A stretch of DNA of 50,786 bases, the filler included, from Bipalium vagum (lineage: Eukaryota): assembly GCA_037834085.1 (NCBI GenBank). It is 3 parts of 3 records of this genome, joined end to end, with 100 filler letters (N's around TTAATTAATTAA, not from the genome) between each part and the next. Parts side by side here need not be neighbours in the genome. Positions count along the whole stretch, not along the records: positions 1 to 18,360 come from JBBMKC010031600.1; positions 18,461 to 34,700 come from JBBMKC010120827.1; 1 more part is not named here. One strand, 5' to 3'. The notes under the pieces were generated by a model, which saw only the letters and a program-made list of their open reading frames with translations, did not search any database and had not been told where the DNA came from. A program made the position numbers and the translations under genes. Positions 11,840 to 24,124 of this stretch are shown one piece after another (the stretch's first letter is position 1; each line of letters starts with the position of its first letter).

Positions 11840-13591
11840 TGTATCAACCTGACTTCCACTCTTAGGTGGTACAAAATAACAAAAATCAGTAAAGCAATAT
11901 AATTTTTATTTATATCATAATGGTTTGCACAAACTACAATGATAATAACACAAAATTGTCAAACTCAACAAAAGGATCAACAGAAATAGTAATTGTCAAA
12001 AATTAACCAAAAGTTAATCAAAACCAAACAGTTAATGAAAAATGTTTAATTGAACGTTAATCAAACTTAAATAAAGGGTGATCAAGGTTTAATTGCGCAT
12101 TGTTTAAATACCTCTTGTGTTAAATATATTAAATTTCTTTCTTTATTTTTTTGAATATTATCGATCAACTATATCAATTTAACGATTTATAAGTTTATTT
12201 TTAAAATTGCTATTAAGATGAAGCCAAGAGAATATTCAGTTTTTCATGACCAATAATGGAGTTCGAAAGATAACGATTAAGCACTTTGTAGATGAAGGAT
12301 GCAAAAGGCGAACAATTCAGCAAGTGTTGAAACTTTATGTTGATACTGATTAAGTTGGGTACTCCAAGAAATAAGGTCCACAACCATCCGTGTTAACTGC
12401 TAAACAGCTGAAGAATATCAAGATTCAAACATCAGTGAACGTCCAACAGCTACTAAATTCAAAATTTCAAAAACTAGTGTAGCGAATGCGAAGAAGAAAT
12501 TGAGAATCAAATCTAAGAAGATTACTGGTCCAAAATATGTGAAAGATCAAAAGAGACGGGCTGAAAGATCACTTAGAAAACTGTACAAACTGTTGATTTC
12601 GTCTGGCGGTAATAAGTTCTTCGTTATGGATGATGAAACATATTATCCAGCTGATCCATCTCAAATGCCAGGTAATGAATATTACAACATAGTCGACGAT
12701 TGTGAGATTGATAATGAATTTAAAACAAAGAGAAAATCTAAGTTCTATCCTAAATATTTGGTATGGCAGGTGATTGCACAGGATGGTCAAATTTCAGAAC
12801 CTTATATCACGCCTGGAACGATTAACAAGTAAGTTTATCTCGAAGAATGTGTCAAGAAGCATTTAGTTCCATTTATAAACAAATTGAAACAAGATCATGA
12901 TGTAATCTTCTGGCCAGATATGGCTACCTCGCATTATGCTACAATTGTGTGCAATTATCTAAATGAACATAAAATTGATTTTATAACCAAAGAGAAATGC
13001 ACCAGCTGTACCTAACCAAAGACCAATAGAACGCTTCTGGGCATTGTGCAAGAGAAGGTACAAAGAATTAAACAAGGAATGTGACACAATTCGCAATTTT
13101 AAGAATGCTTGGGTGAAGATTTCAAAGGAAATAGCCCAGAAAAGCGGTGCTAATCTGTTTACAACTTTCAATCATCATTTGTACACTGGTGGCTATAAAG
13201 GACTGTAGTTTTATTGAATTCAAATATATGTATTTGTTTTCTTTATATTTCCAAAGAAAGTTTTAAAAAATTTCATTCGGTTCAAATTTTATTTACCTTT
13301 GAACATCGTGCAATTAAACCTTGACCACCCTTTAGTTAAACACGAAGTAATAATAATTATAATTATCTATTAAAGAAAAATAATGAAAGTTTAAGATCGT
13401 ACGGTTAATTTTCAGCTAAAACTCCCGACCTATCATATGATTCCTAACGGTTGCTCACCGATAACTCTCTGGTGGGGAGTTTAAGGATAATCACAGTACT
13501 GTAAAGATGCATTAAAACCCTTGTTGCAAATAATAAACGATAATCTCCTTAGTAATCAATAATCTTCTTACGAATCGAATAACATGATACA
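11840..13591 (-). mobile_element. Probable solo LTR (~490 bp after removing the nested DD37E element)
   Basis: Terminal inverted 7-mers TGTATCA (11840-11846) and TGATACA (13585-13591). Non-coding, and it begins where the Tc1 frame breaks after FTDE. Flanks TTAA/ATAA are only an imperfect TSD. Confidence 0.55.
12074..13332 (+). mobile_element. Near-complete ITm DD37E (TRT-type) DNA transposon, inactivated
   Basis: TIRs AAGGGTGATCAAGGTTTAATTGC and reverse complement AAGGGTGGTCAAGGTTTAATTGC, TA on both sides, 1259 bp. Catalytic motifs VMDDETY, FWPDMATSHY, NAPAVPNQRPIERFW. Stop at 12830-12832 and frameshifts. Confidence 0.92.
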
Positions 13592-15645
13592 ATAATCTTA
13601 TTTTGCAAGCTTCTTGAGGGGTGAGATTGTGAGGAAATGCTTCTCATTGTATACTGATTCTAAACTAATAAGTTTGGAGTCGAGTACTCCAAATTTGATC
13701 CTTCATAATCATTTTTGGAGAGCTAATTGCTTCGTTTTCCGCATTTTCTACCAAAATCTTCTATTAATTACCCTTTAAAACTTTTCAGTAATATTTTAAT
13801 GATTTTTCATAGGTTTTAATTAGGCTCACAATAACTTTAGGGAAACATTTTCAAAGACCTTTTAAGGAGTTAATTAAAATTTATTACCTAATTAATTAAC
13901 ACAATTTAAATTTTAGAGGTATTTTATGGGGTATCGGATTTTCTTAATGGATGTTTTAGAGAAACTCAACAAAATTGTACTCCAAAATATCTTTCCAAAT
14001 GTGAAAAATGCAGGCGATGGTATTATGTTTTGATAATTCGTGAGCCAGGATTGAGTAGAACTTTTAGTAATGGAAATATATTAAAATAATCAAAGGAAAT
14101 TTAACAAATTGTTGAAAAACTATGTATTGAAAAACGTTACTTGTTCCAACAGGACAATGGTCCGAAGAATAATTCTAAAATAACCAAGGAATTTCTGCTA
14201 TATAAGGTCGAAAAATATTGGTTATTTCACAACAATCACCAGATATTAATCCTATATAAAATTTGTGGTCTCATTTAGAGAAAAATTCACCAAAAAAGAT
14301 TTTCATCCCGAAAAAAACTAATTGAAGATTTGGTCGGAAATAATATTTGAAATTACAAAACCGTTAGTAAAAAAAATGTTTAGTAGATTCCAAGTCTTGA
14401 TTAACAATAATGGTCTGCATTTTCAAAAGTTAAGAGTACGATAAATTTTTTCAAATGAAATTTAGTTTTGTAGATTATTATGAAAACTATTTGAAATAAA
14501 AATTTTGCGATTCTTACTCATTTTTCGACGCTTTTCTATTGATTTATGTGAAAATAAAAATGTTTCATCTTAAAAAATGGAAGTGTACTAATACCTTTTT
14601 CCATCACCATACATGATTTCTTAATTCCAGGAATATTGTGAAATCCATTAATTTATTTCAAATAATAGTTTTAAATTCAATCATGCACATCAAAAGATTG
14701 CATTAAAACTGAAAGATTGGTAATTACATAATATAAATTTTGACAAAATTACATCAATCATTCACAATGACGCAAAAAACTACAATAGGACTTCAAAATA
14801 ACAATAACGATTTTAACTAGAGATAAATTATTTTATTTCGAATTGACGTTTAAATAAGCTAAATTGTATTATCGGTATCAAATGAAATCAAAAATTTAAA
14901 CGAATTTTTTCTTGAATATATTTTAAAACAAAACTCGACCAAGCAAGTTGTGATTTGGATCTTCCAGATTTGTGTAATTTCAATTATTATTTGTGTAACT
15001 GAAACTTAAAGAAATCCATTTAAAATAATATGAATCAAAGATCATACGAAAAACTAATTTTATCAAAGAAATCTTAAATTTTCAAATACATACTCACTTT
15101 AACACAAGTGCCCTTAAAAAATTTGTTCTGCTCAACTCAAGCAACTGATATTTATGACGTCCACTGTTACAACAGAGAACGTTGATATGCAACCTACTTA
15201 GTTTTTCAAAACCGATTTTTATGTAAAACAATTTTCTGCACGCAATTGTTTTGTATGAGACCAACAAATAAATCAAAAATAAATCTTTTTTAAAACACTT
15301 GTAAAATTAAAACTGCTTAATTAGTTTTTACAAACTGTAAGTACCATTTACTGAAGCATAAAATATATTTATAATTCAGCTTTTTTATTAGATTTATTTA
15401 AGAAACTTTTCAAAGTTAATTAATATATAAAAAAGATCGATCATTTAAATTGAAATATTATAATATTGATTGAAAATTTCAGTCACGTATAGAACTTGAA
15501 TATCGGATAACGTTTTAATAATCAAGACAAATTAGTAGCAAAACAATATGTACAACGTTTTGTACTCTCGTGGTCAACTGTTTTATTGAGATAATAAATG
15601 TATAGAAATATCAATTTCTATTCATAAAGTATTCATGGTGAGAAA

Positions 15646-16300
15646 TTAAAGGTAATTAGCGAGCCATCGAAATCCTTCTCCATAACCCTGTCTTTTAAGA
15701 ATTGAACACATAAACAATTCCAGTGGTCTTCGTCCTCCTAATTCATTTACGGAAATTGGCCTTTTACCTGTATTTAGATTCTGAATTCCCAGATAGTATC
15801 GCAAATCATCTTCACTTAAAGCACCCCCTCTGTCAATTTTGTTACCCAAAATCAAAAAAGGTACATTTATAATTTCATCATCTTGAAGTAAAAATTGTAA
15901 TTCCTTTTGAGCTTCACCCAAGCTACAATGATATAAACATATTAAAATTAAAACAATCAACTAATAAAACTTTGCTTTACCGAGATTGATCGAAAGCATC
16001 TACTATGAAAACAATACCGTCAACTGATGACATATAATTTTTCCATATTTTTCTTGCTTGTTCGTGACCTCCAAGATCGTAAGTAGTGAATTTCATTCCA
16101 CCAATTACTAATTCATCTGTAGTTGGATGAAGTGTGGGATTATGAGTTGCGATCCTGTCGTCTTTTAGCATATGTAACATTGTCGTTTTCCCAGCATTAT
16201 CCAAACCGAGAAAAACCAGTCTTCCTGATTTTTTCCATAGGCCCAAGTAACTAAGTGCTCCAAATACTGTACCGGAGATCCATCCCCAAATTCCACTCAT
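15646..16300 (-). CDS. SAR1: Small GTPase SAR1 (COPII); exons 16300-15981 and 15922-15646, 198 aa
   Basis: [48 protein letters not shown] 58-nt phase-2 intron GTAAAG...TTGTAG (15980-15923) restores [12 protein letters not shown]. Confidence 0.97.
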
Positions 16301-16770
16301 TTAAGGAATGTAAAATATTAAATTGTACACAAAATTAAAATAGACTTGTGACGATTTATATTAAATATTAATAGCTTAAATAAACAAGAATAAATTAGTT
16401 TCTAAAATCAAAATTATTAATTTAATCAGTGATCAATTTAATGATTTTATTTCATTATTAAAATTTTAAATAATTAAAATAAATAAGTAATAATTTTATT
16501 ATTATAAGTATTTTTTCAATTACTATTAGAAATTTAATTAATTTTGTGATAACATACTATATATTAATTTCTGTCTCCTACTGTTACAGATTGAAAATTG
16601 ATTTAGTATATTATTATACGACATTAACAAATCAATTATTCAGACACTATTCTGATATGAAAAGTTTTAAAAATTTTATTGAATTTAGGAATTTACAACA
16701 AAAACCAAAATATTATCATATATACTTACATAAAATTAATGATGCTTTCATTCTTGTTGAAAAATCAAGA

Positions 16771-17005
16771 ATGAAATATAGGAAATTCGCATGTTTATTA
16801 TCAATATGTAGCTTGGTAGCAATATTAGTATCAGTTCAATATAATGCTAAATGGGTGAAAAGAACTGAAAACGGATCATTGTGGTCTGGTCTTTGGGATT
16901 TATGTTTTGTTTCTAAAAATTATTCATTGATCGGTGTACATGTTAAAGTAAGAGATCTGAATTATTATGAACATCAAATGAGCTCTTGTCATGTTAAAAT
17001 TGAAT
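16771..17005 (+). CDS. First coding exon of a claudin/PMP22/EMP-superfamily tetraspan protein (partial)
   Basis: Hydrophobic TM1 then W-x10-SGLWDLC...C, the W-GLW-C-C signature. GTAAGT donor at 17006. No further exons found before the contig end. Confidence 0.65.
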
Positions 17006-18286
17006 GTAAGTTTTGCTAAATTTATTATCTTAAGTAAATAATGAAATTGTGATGAAATTAAATTAAATTCCAATAACAAAATAAAAATATTTTTTGACAT
17101 GGAATTTGGATAAATTTTTTTACAAATATTTTCAGATTTTTTAGGCTTCAAATAATATTAATATTTCTTTTCAAATATAATACTAATAAAAGTGATTTGT
17201 CCAGTACTCAATATATTATAATAATTAATAATAGAAATATTTTTTATTAAAAGAATTTAATCAATTTAAATTTACTCTACTCGTGGTTTGTTAAGCACAA
17301 CTTAATTTGAATAATTATTAATTTATACTCTAAAATAATTATAATAATAGATATTTAGAAATTTGAAAAAATAAAAATACTTTATTTAATAATTAGTATC
17401 ATTGCATAATTAAGCACATGTAAGCCTTAAGTTTTAACATTTTATTTTATTGATATAACTTTCCTGTAGTAAGAAAAATTAAATTTTGAATCTTGAAAAG
17501 ATGATGAACAAGAAAAATATTTACTTAAAAATACCGCGACAGATCGTTATAATATATTAAATTATTATCTATTTAAAAATAATTTTTTATATACCGAGAA
17601 TATACTTTATAAGATATTTAAATAACATCGTTATTATAACGAACTTTTTATTATTACAAGTGAATATTATATAAGCTTTCTGTAATAGAAGCCGTTAAAT
17701 ACCCAGAGTTATGATTACCAAAAATTGAATTAAAAATACGGGTCCTTTATATAAATGACGAGGTTTAAATCAAAGCTTTATTAACAATTGATTTTTACCA
17801 TTGATGTTTACAAAATTTAAGTCTTGTAAAATCCAAAATGATTAAAAGGATAAAGAAATACTGACATCTTTTACTTCAGTAATGTCTCAGAGATAATCAA
17901 TGAACTTTCATTTTTTCTTTCTAAATGACAAGACCAGAATAATAAAGGAAAATAAAGAAAAAAAATATTTGATCCACGAAGTATCTTTTAATTAAACTAC
18001 CCTCGGTATTTATTTATACTATAATATAATTATAACGACACTTATTAAATTGAATAACCATGTATTGTTAAATTACGTGGGAATATTCGTTTCCATACTT
18101 TTATTATTACTTTTAAAATATATAAGAGGAAGATTATTAATTTTTCTTAACATTTTTATTCTAAAATATTTATTATACAATAATTTTCCTTTACTCATTT
18201 ATTTGAGTAATCTTATCATATATTGGTTAAATTAATTTATTTGTTTTATATTTTTAGTAAGTCATTTTTACCATTATTATTAGATA

Positions 18287-18360
<74 letters not shown>
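18287..18360. repeat. (ATT)n microsatellite at contig end
   Basis: Pure run abutting the linker. Confidence 0.97.
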
Positions 18361-18460
18361 NNNNNNNNNNNNNNNNNNNNNNNNNNNNNNNNNNNNNNNN
18401 NNNNTTAATTAATTAANNNNNNNNNNNNNNNNNNNNNNNNNNNNNNNNNNNNNNNNNNNN
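18361..18460. other. Artificial contig linker N44-TTAATTAATTAA-N44
   Basis: Exactly 100 nt; the central 12-mer has stops in all six frames. Identical linker at 34701-34800. Confidence 0.97.
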
Positions 18461-18619
18461 TATTAAATTGCAGAACAACATAATATAATTAATTTTTATT
18501 ATTATTACTAATTATTCTATTTTTAATATTTTTTTATAATTACTATTACTATTATTATTATCCTCATTATTATTGCTCCAAAACCCAACAGTTTTAATAT
18601 TTTAAATATTTTTAGATTT

Positions 18620-19050
18620 AAAATTTATTCCTTGAAAAGAGTACTTGTGCGGGGTTTTGATCCACTATTTTATTATAGAAAAAACGAATACAAAGACAAA
18701 CGCATACTTTACAAGGTTAATATGGGGAAAGCACCATCGCAGGTTGGTGAGTGTTGGTTTAAGCGGTTCATAAATCATGATATCATTGTGAAAAGCAATC
18801 AACGTCAAGGTTTTTCTGCATAATTACAAGCTCTATTGGATGAAAGTACATGTCAAACGCAAAACAACTTGCCATGTAACTAAATGTTGCTCAGAATACA
18901 GTTTCTGGTCGCTTAAATACAATATGCAAGATTTTAAAGAATATTAATATGGGTCTCACATAAACCTGTACCGATTTCAGAGACATGCTTTCAACAATAC
19001 GACCACCTCCAGGATATTAAACGACTTGATAAATAGACTTTTTCATTAAA
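18620..19050 (+). mobile_element. Mariner relic (HTH region)
   Basis: GKAPSQVGECWFKRF, LLDESTCQTQKQLA, WVSHK (~WVPH). Confidence 0.65.
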
Positions 19051-19681
19051 TCTTTTTTCACCAAAGCTGAAAGTCAAAATACGTATATAAAATGAAAATC
19101 ACAGACAAAATGTCCATCATATAAATTTTTATTAAAAATTAAAAACATTAGTGATTTGTACTTTTCATTGATTTTTCCTTGATTTTTCAAATCAAATTAT
19201 CCTGCGTCTCGTGTTGATGCATTTTATTATTTATTTTCAATAATATAATATAATATAATATTTTCAATAATAATAATTTTCAATAGCATAATATATTTAA
19301 ATTAAATAAAAATATTATATTATATTAAGATAAATATTAAAAATAATCAAAATAAGACTTTTCTTTAATTTTTCATCAAATATTATTTTCAAATGGAAAG
19401 TTTATATTTTTATCTTTTTATTATTTTTTTAAGTTGACTTTTTCATCATGAATATCAAATTTCTTTGCCTAAAGAAAAAGAAATTTTTAATATTAAATAT
19501 AAGCATTGCAATTTTGATAATTAGAAAAACAGAACTAATGTTCCTTGTTGTTTTAATTATTAATTATTTCTATATGAAGAATTGCTTTCATTGAAAAAAT
19601 AGAACAATAATTTGAAATATTATCTCAGTGGAATTAAATTATTTTTATGTTTTATTTATTTTTACATAAAATTATTTTTAG

Positions 19682-22600
19682 ATTAACGGAGAAAACACTC
19701 TCGGAGAAAATATTGCTGATAATGGAGGAGTGCGGCTGACATATCAGGTAACCCATTGTTATATATTATTAATATTTTAATAAAAATAATAGGTTTACAA
19801 GGATTTGGAGAAAAAATACGGGAAGGAAAAAAGTCTTCCAGGATTAACATACACACACGACCAACTATTTTTTATTACTTTTGCTAGGGTAATTCATAAC
19901 TGTATTTAGAATTTTGTTTAATTGTTCAAGTTTAGTTATGGTGTACCTTGCAAACACGACAGAGCATTATCTTAGACATACTGTCAAATGTCCACACTCC
20001 AAATCGTTATAGGTTTGTAATAACAATACCTTTACTAGTTTTATTNNNNNNNNNNNNNNNNNNNNNNNNNNNNNNNNNNNNNNNNNNNNNNNNNNNNNNN
20101 NNNNNNNNNNNNNNNNNNNNNNNNNNNNNNNNNNNNNNNNNNNNNNNNNNNNNNNNNNNNNNNNNNNNNNNNNNNNNNNNNNNNNNNNNNNNNNNNNNNN
20201 NNNNNNNNNNNNNNNNNNNNNNNAAACGTACACATTACTATTTAAGAAAATACAGTGTAAAAGTTTCCGCTTTCATTAGAAAAATTTGAGTAGATAAAAT
20301 GTTTCCCTTAGTCTACTAACAAAAGTTGCATCGTTGTTTTAATTAATAAAGCTGTACTGATTTGAAAATTTAATGAAAATGTTTTTATTATAACATTACT
20401 AAAAATATATTTCCATATAAATTAAAGTTGCTATAATATAAGTTCCACAGTTAAATGTTACCAAAGTGATTTGAAAAAAAGATTTTTTTTAATTTTTCTG
20501 GAAATAGTAAAATAATTGTGGTTAAAAAGAGTCTTTTAATGATCTATTTTACATTGGATGCAATTTGATTATTTTATAAAATCTCATGCTGATTTGTTTA
20601 TTTTAATCATTGTTTTGTAATAGTTCTAAAATCAATATAGTGAGTCAAAGCATCATAAGATTATATGCATAATAAAAAATAAATTAAAATTAAATTTTGA
20701 GAAAATAAAAAAGCGACTTTATTTTTATATAAAAATAAATTGTGAGCGATTTTTGGTTTTTTTATATTTTTAAAATTTTAATATTTTTTTTATAATTACA
20801 TTTTATATTTCATATTTATTAATACAAATAATACATATTATAAATTATAAAAATAATAATTATAAAGTCTGTATATGTTAGATATAAGTCAGACGTCTAT
20901 GGTTAATTACTTTGGAAAAGTTGGCTGCATCACCCATTATGACACTTTGGTACCTCATAAATTCTCAGTACAAAATATTAATGATCGCCTTTCTGTTTGC
21001 AAATTATTATTGAAACGGAACGAGGAATGTCCCTTTTTAAAGCAGCTAAGTACAGGCGACATAAAATGGATCATAATATAATGAGATGTATTATAAAAAT
21101 ATTAAACTGAATGGGTCATGGATAAAGCCAAACAATTCTCCTATACAGCAGTTTTTAGGAGATTTTTATCCAAACCAATCCCTTTAGTTTGGTAGGATTG
21201 GAAGGGTATTATTTATTACGAGATTCTCTGAAACAATGTAATCATCAACGCTGATAAGTATTGTCATCAACTAGACGAACTAAAAGATGCAGTCAATAAA
21301 AAACTTCCCAAATTAGCTTATCGAAAAGGAGTGATACTTCAACATGATAACGCTAGTCCTCACGTAGCAAAGAGTGTGCCGCGAAAGATTTCATAGTTTT
21401 GTTAAGAAGTGTTAAGTTATCTGGCTTATTACCCTGATATCGCTCATTCAGATTACTATCTCTTCCTGTCCTTCCAAAATAGTTTAAATAGAAAAGAATA
21501 TCGATCTTTAGAAAATATCAAAATTCACCTGGACAAATATTTCAGTCAACAGACAACAGAATTCTTTTCTGACGGTATCATGAAATTGCCCGAAAGATGG
21601 AGACAGATAATCGATCATAATGGTGTATATATTGTTTAATAAATTAATACACTTATTTAAAACATCAACAAAAAGTCGAACGAACTTTCTGTTCAACCAA
21701 ATATTTATTTTTATAAACTAAACGTGATATGTACGAAGAATTTTAAAAATCAATTATTTCCAGAATAATATTAGACTATAAATTTAATACCAGATTACTT
21801 TTAAAGTAATAGATTTGTTAATATCCTTAAGTAATGTCGAAATCATCATTTTTAAATCAATGTAACCATTGAAAAGTTTAATAAAACTGTCCCTTTTATG
21901 TTTTGATTAACAGACAGTGAATCTCAGCATCATTTTTTGGATAAAAGCTGACCAAAAAGGCTGCCCGTAAATTTTGGTTTTTTCGCTAATTTTCAAAATA
22001 TTTGTCTCAGTTCACCGTTCAAGTCTTCTTTTAATATCAAACAAAATTTACTACTGGTTATATCAATCAGGTCCTATATCAAGGAAATCTTTAAAGGTGC
22101 TCCAGCGTAATTGAAAACTGAAAAAAAAACTGAAAATTGAAAAATTGAGAATGTCTTTCATTAATTATTAACATTTTTAATGAACAATCCAACCCACCTG
22201 TTTCTTTCCTCAGTGAAACCATTCATTAATTCCTGGCTTAACATATATTTAATTAATTGTCTTATAACTATAATACATATATAATCTATTCTCTATCAAA
22301 TTGGCAGTGATAAGTCACTTAAAATAATATTTTATTTTTTATTATTTATATTTAACTTTTTTTATGATTTCCGCTTGCTAACCCTTCATAAATGCCTTCA
22401 AACACCAATGGATAAAACACAAAGTTCTTAAAGATTATTTGTAAAATTTAACCAATATGGATCTCTTAAATTAAGTGAACTAATTTTAAAAGTTATTAAT
22501 ATCTACTACTAATATTTCCAGCCTAAAAAAATTGCATAGAAAGTTATTCCAACTGTAAAAACTTCATCTTTTCTTTTTTTCTTGAGTTTAACATTTTCTT

Positions 22601-24124
22601 GAAATTTATATCACATATCTTTGGTATACTAATGTTAAATAGTATAATATAAAATAACAATAATATGTAAAATAACAATATGATATAAATAATATAATTT
22701 ATATATTTGTCAAAGAAAACAATCGAAATACTTCAATATGCGTTTTAAAAAATGTCGGAATATCATAATAAAATTATATAAATACCATAAGTATAACTTT
22801 TCGGTTCATCAAATATTGAGAATATGTTAAATTGGCTCTTTAAAGTGTCATACGACCCTTGATATTTCTGACAATTATTAACAAAAAGACTGTCATTGAA
22901 AATTACCGACAAGCAGTGTAATAAAAGCTAAGTATAGGAAGTAGTCTAGAAGGTTGTGACGTAAAAAATGCCCAATTTCAATAGTTTACTTTTAAAAATG
23001 TTTTACAATATCTTATAGTAAAGCTGCAAAATTAAATTATAATGCAGTTTTAAATCATCATATTGAATTATGGTATATCAATATTTGTTTAAATAATCCA
23101 ATAATTTCTCAGAAAATATCAAGAGTAGCGTATATACTGAGCAACAAAGAAACTATCACAATTTACTTATGCAAAATGTAATTACAACACTCAGCTTTGG
23201 AAGCTGCTGAAAACATTAATTTGGCATTCGGCAAAGGTCAAATCAATCCGTTCGGATCTTTTAAAACATTTATTATTAGTGCCAAAACAATTGTAAGATA
23301 TTTGAAAACCATTGGTAAGATTAAAATGGTAAATTCAAAAATCTTTATTGTTTTGCAATGAATGGGATCCGTTTATAAATTGTATCATAACAAGTGATAC
23401 AACTTGAGTTCTCTACTAGATCATCTTTTTTTTTCCATACAACATGTAATGCATTCCAAAGAATAATGATTACTTGTTGCTGGTCTATGACTGGTGTCAT
23501 ACATTCTTGATAGATCATGAAGAGATTATCACAGCACAAAGTATTACTCCGATCTAGAAACAATGCACCAAAAAATTAAGCAAAAGGTTTTATATTGGTC
23601 AACAGGAAATAAGTAACCATGTACGAATACATGTTTGTAAAGACTTTACAAAAGCTAACTGAACTATGGATTGAAAGTTTATAAATAATTCGCCATATTC
23701 CCCAAATCTGGCACCAAAAAATTATCTTATCTTTAAACATCTCCATAATTTTCTGGCCAAAAAAATCTTTGCAAATCGAAAGAAAGTATCACTGACTTAA
23801 TCAATTCTAGAAAACCAGAATTTTACAAGAGTTTTATTCAAAATCTGATAATTTGTTGGCAAAAATGTTTCGAATGCCATGACGACTGTTTTAATTGAAT
23901 AAACATTTCAAACCTGTTTCATTGCTTTTTCTATTTACCATGTAATCAGACATTTCATATAACAAAAAATAAATTAACCCAATTAAATATGATTGATCTG
24001 CCTAAATGATAATTAATATTTTAGAGTAATTGGTACGCTGTCCAATATTAAAGAGTTCGCTGAAGCATTCAACTGTCCGGTAGGTTCACCAATGAACCCA
24101 AAGGATAAATGTATGGTATGGTGA
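19682..24124 (+). CDS. M13 metallopeptidase (neprilysin/ECE-like), last four exons: 19682-19747, 19793-19888, 19936-20012, 24025-24124 (5' partial)
   Basis: [16 protein letters not shown] | ...[18 protein letters not shown] | LWC...VHTPNRYR | [32 protein letters not shown]. All introns are GT-AG with compatible phases (45, 47 and ~4012 nt). Confidence 0.93.
20046..20223. other. Scaffold gap (178 N) within the last M13 intron
   Basis: Run of N without linker; the gene continues in phase across it. Confidence 0.95.
20870..21703 (+). mobile_element. Mariner (DD34D) relic in the M13 intron
   Basis: LVPHKF, TGDIKWI, HDNASPH...[13 protein letters not shown] with 34 residues between the aspartates, GIMKLPERW. 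Mariner-like right TIR. Confidence 0.88.
23020..23970 (+). mobile_element. Highly decayed mariner in the M13 intron
   Basis: [40 protein letters not shown]. Confidence 0.7.

Larger units (their letters stand above)
11400..14609 (+). mobile_element. Degenerate Tc1 element split by nested insertions (5' part ~11400-11839, 3' part ~13930-14609)
   Basis: The 5' part has STVQYVI, SGRPKLL, DFAKAHIDKPLEF..VLFTDE. The 3' part has VKNAGDGIMF, FQQDNGPK, SPDINPI*NLW. Tc1-like right TIR AAGTGTACTAATACCTTTTTCCATCACCA-TA. Confidence 0.75.

Noticed and set aside
18405-18416. TTAATTAATTAA palindrome inside N runs (also 34745-34756)
   Set aside because: Artificial six-frame stop linker, not biological.
20046-20223. 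Final M13 exon hidden in the N-gap; ORFs spanning N runs
   Set aside because: The final exon was found at 24025-24124. ORFs across Ns are artefacts.
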